From a candidate division WOR-3 bacterium (GTDB lineage: Bacteria; Hydrothermota; Tepidihabitantia; B3-TA06): a stretch of DNA of 38,476 nt. This document shows positions 35,450 to 38,476 of the stretch, piece by piece. A program made the translations under genes and the position numbers. The stretch covers positions 1 through 38,476 of the forward strand of contig CBFGKC010000018.1 in the NCBI GenBank assembly GCA_965649265.1, given 5' to 3'. The stretch's first letter is position 1. Every line of letters starts with the position of its first letter. The notes below the pieces were generated by a model, which saw nothing but the letters and a program-made list of their open reading frames with translations, was not told the origin of the DNA and made no database searches.

Positions 35450-35671
35450 AATGTGTTTTTTTACCTGCCTCTTCTGGCGTTTTATACAGCCCAGCATGAA
35501 GTAAAACCGGTGACTTTGGAAATCGTGGAATGCAGTCAAAAATATCTCTTCCTTTTACAGTCGATTACAAAACATGGCGATTATGAGGATGATCTTGCTG
35601 TGAGCTCGTTAGAGACAGGGGGAGGACCCTCAGGGTGAGACTCTATCGACTTATTGTTGCAGGATGTGCAA

Positions 35672-36475
35672 TTACTCGCGGGTACGAAGAACACCTAAGG
35701 ATAAAGTCGTCCATACCTCGGTATCAATTCCCCAAAGGGTTTGCTCTAAATTGAGTTCCACCGCCCAGTGGCTTCCCAAAGGCCATCTTTTTGAAACCTC
35801 TGCGCGCAAATCAAACGTAGGGCTGTCCTGCGGGTCAAACGGTCCGCCTCGATCAGGAAGACAGGCGGAAAGAACGGATGAAAGAATCCAGTCGTCCGGC
35901 AGGTTGCAGGCTGCCGAAAAGCTCGCCCCGTCTCCGGCGTCGACCCCATCCGGGTTCATACCTGTCCACAACAGGGAGAGGCCCGTGGAGAATCGCCCGA
36001 GCAGGAATCCAAGGCCGGCTGAACCGCAAAAGCGACCCTCACCGAGACGATTGCAGTAGCTCCCGGTGGGAAGAAGAATTTTCAGATCAAGAGTAACCCT
36101 ACTTTTGACAATCGCAGTAACCCCAATATGCGCGTCGCCTAACCCGGCTTGCCAGTATGTGTATCCCGGGCTCAGGAAACCTAGACACTTGAAATCGATA
36201 TCACCGTGAGGATAAAAGACCATGCTTTTGAGACCTAAGGGCCAGCCTGCGGAAAGGTTTAACCCGAAGTCAACGTCGTGCAGGCTGCCGGAGGCGCGAG
36301 TCTCAGGAAGAATTCCCTTGTCGTAGCGAAAGCCGTAGTAACCTGTGTTCAATGAAGCCCTGAAAACACTTAACCCGTAACACCCGTAACGCCCGTAAAA
36401 CTTGTCTTCCCCGTAACAAAGATCGCTTGTATTCAAAGGAGTTATTGACAAGATATTGAGGAATAGACCAATCAC
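35672..36475 (-). CDS. probable outer-membrane beta-barrel (MetA-pathway/phenol-degradation-like transporter)
   Basis: 'GLGDAHIG...LKILLPTGSY' motif and alternating amphipathic strands; GTGA overlap with GH113. Confidence 0.55.
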   Translation of the reverse strand: MIGLFLNILSITPLNTSDLCYGEDKFYGRYGCYGLSVFRASLNTGYYGFRYDKGILPETRASGSLHDVDFGLNLSAGWPLGLKSMVFYPHGDIDFKCLGFLSPGYTYWQAGLGDAHIGVTAIVKSRVTLDLKILLPTGSYCNRLGEGRFCGSAGLGFLLGRFSTGLSLLWTGMNPDGVDAGDGASFSAACNLPDDWILSSVLSACLPDRGGPFDPQDSPTFDLRAEVSKRWPLGSHWAVELNLEQTLWGIDTEVWTTLSLGVLRTRE

Positions 36476-37473
36476 CGCCAGTACTCCCTGAGTATCTGCT
36501 CGGCGCTTTTACCTCGTGGTGAGTACCCGGTGGCCGATATCGAATCTGCATTATCCTCCCACATCCAGAAATAAATGCCTGCAAGCCACGATTTTTGAGG
36601 AAAACTCTCGAGCACGCTCCTGTAACAATCGGCCTGAACCGCCTCATCCACAGGGGCGTTTTCCTGCCATTCCCAGGGTTCCAGGGCAGCCTTGCGCGTG
36701 CTGCGGAATCCTATCTCCGTAACGATCACGGGCTTGTTTATGCTCGATGCAAAACCGTCCAGCCTGTCGAACCACTCAGAGATATTTTCGAGATATACCT
36801 CAGGCCCCTCCCCCTCCCTTGAAGCTAAAGGTGAATAGAAATCGATCCCCGCATAATCTAATTCGTCCCAGAACTTAACCTTGTTGATCCCATTCCAGTC
36901 CGCGGCAAAGGTCAGTTCTCCCCTGAAATGTGCTCTTACGGAATCTATCAAAGGTTTCCAATGAGGCATGCCGGACATGGAGGTAAGCTCGGTGCCGATG
37001 CACAGCCTTTCAACATTGCAGGACTCGCAGATGTCGGCGTAATGCAGAATCATTCCGAGGTAGGAGGAAAACCATGAATCGGCATCGCCGGGCGATATGA
37101 GGCCCCGCCACTCACCAGTTTTAACGTCTACGTGGGGTTTTAACATGACTTTGAAACCGAGGTCTTCTGCAATCAGCACGGCTCCGGAAAGGAGCGTGTC
37201 ATCTACCGTAAGGTCTGTACGGTGAATGGTTGAGGAGCCTGGATTTTCCATGAACCATGTAGGCACAAAGGCAACGGCGTCTCCCCCACACTCAGCAAGC
37301 TTCTCGAGGGAGCTTGTGAGTTTGTCAGGATTGTAACCTTCCTTCTGCCAGGTCGCAACATTCATGCCGTGCTCGTAGGAGTGAGGCGGTACGTACAATG
37401 GGGTCTGGTCGCAAGTGCAAACGAAGAAGACGACCAAAAGGCACAGGCCGGAAGACACTCCCTTAAACATCAT
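36472..37473 (-). CDS. glycoside hydrolase family 113-like lipoprotein
   Basis: Signal ending 'FVCTC'; 'VMLKPHVD...WRG.I', 'CIGTEL', 'LTFAADW', 'GIDFYSPL', 'VTEIGF', 'YSPRGKSAE'. Confidence 0.82.
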   Translation of the reverse strand: MMFKGVSSGLCLLVVFFVCTCDQTPLYVPPHSYEHGMNVATWQKEGYNPDKLTSSLEKLAECGGDAVAFVPTWFMENPGSSTIHRTDLTVDDTLLSGAVLIAEDLGFKVMLKPHVDVKTGEWRGLISPGDADSWFSSYLGMILHYADICESCNVERLCIGTELTSMSGMPHWKPLIDSVRAHFRGELTFAADWNGINKVKFWDELDYAGIDFYSPLASREGEGPEVYLENISEWFDRLDGFASSINKPVIVTEIGFRSTRKAALEPWEWQENAPVDEAVQADCYRSVLESFPQKSWLAGIYFWMWEDNADSISATGYSPRGKSAEQILREYWR

Positions 37474-37498
37474 GCAACATCCTCATTGCGCGAACAAG

Positions 37499-38290
37499 CT
37501 AGGCGATAAACTCCAAATCAAAAATCTTATAGAGCGTCAAGAGCTTTTCGAGAAGTCCGCCTACCGCTTCGCCTGTGACCGGCGGGTAGTAGGGCAGGGC
37601 TGAGATGAACTCGAGGGTTGCTATTACGTCCTGAACCTTCCTTGCCCCCTCCCCCTCCCCGCGGGGGAGTTCGAGAAGAATCTGGTTCCAGTGCTCGCTG
37701 TCCAGCTTCTGGACCATCTCGATAAGGAGATTGATGTTCGAAAGTACGAGCGTCTGGCACACATCGTCCGTACAGCCGGGATAGAAGGCGAGCCTTGTGC
37801 CCATCGCCGCGGTCCACGAGCCCAGATCGAAGGCGTAAACGCCCTCCGGTCCGTACTCGGCCACGATGGTTCTTATCTCCGTCTCGGTATATGCAAAAAG
37901 CTTGAGAACGGTGTCCGGTTCGAGCCCGTCCTCGATTGCCTTTTCTATATCCTTTACTTCCTCGATCCTGCGCGATGACTTTGTTTTACCCTGGTCGCCA
38001 ATCAGTTCTAGCTCTGCCGCAAGCGCCTCGAGGTTGGATTTGATGCGTTCCCCGTAATGATCTCTCGAAAGCTGGTAAAGATCAAAGGCATAACGGAAGT
38101 ATCCACCGGCATGAACGATGGGGACTTCAAGCATGGGTTCCTTCCCGCGCAGCAAAATTTGCTCCTGCGGTCCTGGGTCATAGGGCAGCCTTGCAAGAAG
38201 CGAATCTATCTTCCCCGAATCGAGTTCGGGCAGTTCCAACGCCGATATCTGGAAACCTGCCTGACAAAGAAAAAACCAGACTATAAACAT
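37499..38290 (-). CDS. hypothetical helical protein with short hydrophobic N-terminus
   Basis: AGGAGG SD; 263-aa ORF co-directional with GH113; no recognised motif. Confidence 0.7.
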   Translation of the reverse strand: MFIVWFFLCQAGFQISALELPELDSGKIDSLLARLPYDPGPQEQILLRGKEPMLEVPIVHAGGYFRYAFDLYQLSRDHYGERIKSNLEALAAELELIGDQGKTKSSRRIEEVKDIEKAIEDGLEPDTVLKLFAYTETEIRTIVAEYGPEGVYAFDLGSWTAAMGTRLAFYPGCTDDVCQTLVLSNINLLIEMVQKLDSEHWNQILLELPRGEGEGARKVQDVIATLEFISALPYYPPVTGEAVGGLLEKLLTLYKIFDLEFIA

Positions 38291-38320
38291 ACGACCTCCT
38301 CTGGTAAGGATTTTCGAAAA

Positions 38321-38348
38321 ATACTATTTCAAAAAACGGAAACGTCAA
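38321..38348 (-). promoter_or_regulatory. promoter TTGACG-N16-TAGTAT
   Basis: Minus strand 38348-38343 and 38326-38321. Confidence 0.65.
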
Positions 38349-38476
38349 GCGTAAGGTTGCGCATGGATTCTTTGCGTGGCTGAGTAAAAAACCTGATTCT
38401 GTCCATGGTCAAGAGATCGTTACCAGTGATAGTAGGTTTGAGTTCGTCGAGCAGGAGAACCGGAAAGAGGAGAAAG

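Noticed and set aside
35453-35638. 61-codon plus-strand ORF
   Set aside because: No SD, start lies too close to the putative -35, no recognisable motif; may be a remnant but cannot be supported
38349-38476. Possible gene fragment at the right edge
   Set aside because: Open frames exist on both strands but are truncated by the window, with no clear start or motif
1-38476. tRNA, rRNA, riboswitch, IS or prophage elements
   Set aside because: No cloverleaf, rRNA-like tract, recognisable riboswitch, transposase, terminal inverted repeats or phage genes seen by eye; a covariance-model search would be needed to exclude small RNAs

Overview
Gene-dense bacterial chromosomal segment with about 35 real CDS and no rRNA, tRNA, CRISPR array, transposase or integrase. 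PorV/PorQ-type barrels, FlgD/T9SS-like C-terminal sorting domains and many lipoproteins point to a diderm, FCB-related lineage, possibly candidate phylum WOR-3/TA06-like (inference). Contents in order: a PTS-EIIA/CBS regulator with three ArsB/NhaD permeases; two DUF4097 lipoproteins; a GNAT; an operon of small membrane protein, YeiH, cysteate synthase and cysteate fatty-acyltransferase-like AOS enzyme (sulfonolipid/capnine synthesis) facing a two-domain VOC gene; a T9SS-like cargo operon ending in a PorV-barrel/OmpA fusion; a nitroreductase; two LEA_2 lipoproteins; a serine-less ACP-like protein with a TPR protein; a dGTPase-like HD protein; two membrane proteins; three TolB-like propeller lipoproteins joined by near-perfect 5'-end direct repeats; a flavin reductase; a methyltransferase; two GH113 clusters; and a C10 peptidase. 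Main highlights: (1) a sulfonolipid pathway in an organism that does not look like Bacteroidota; (2) 14 of 15 recognisable housekeeping promoters have a 16-nt rather than 17-nt spacer, and three appear to give leaderless mRNAs; (3) a variable lipoprotein array whose third member took its signal-peptide start from the neighbouring flavin reductase; (4) a 'dead' ACP-fold protein paired with a TPR gene that appears to start at ATC.
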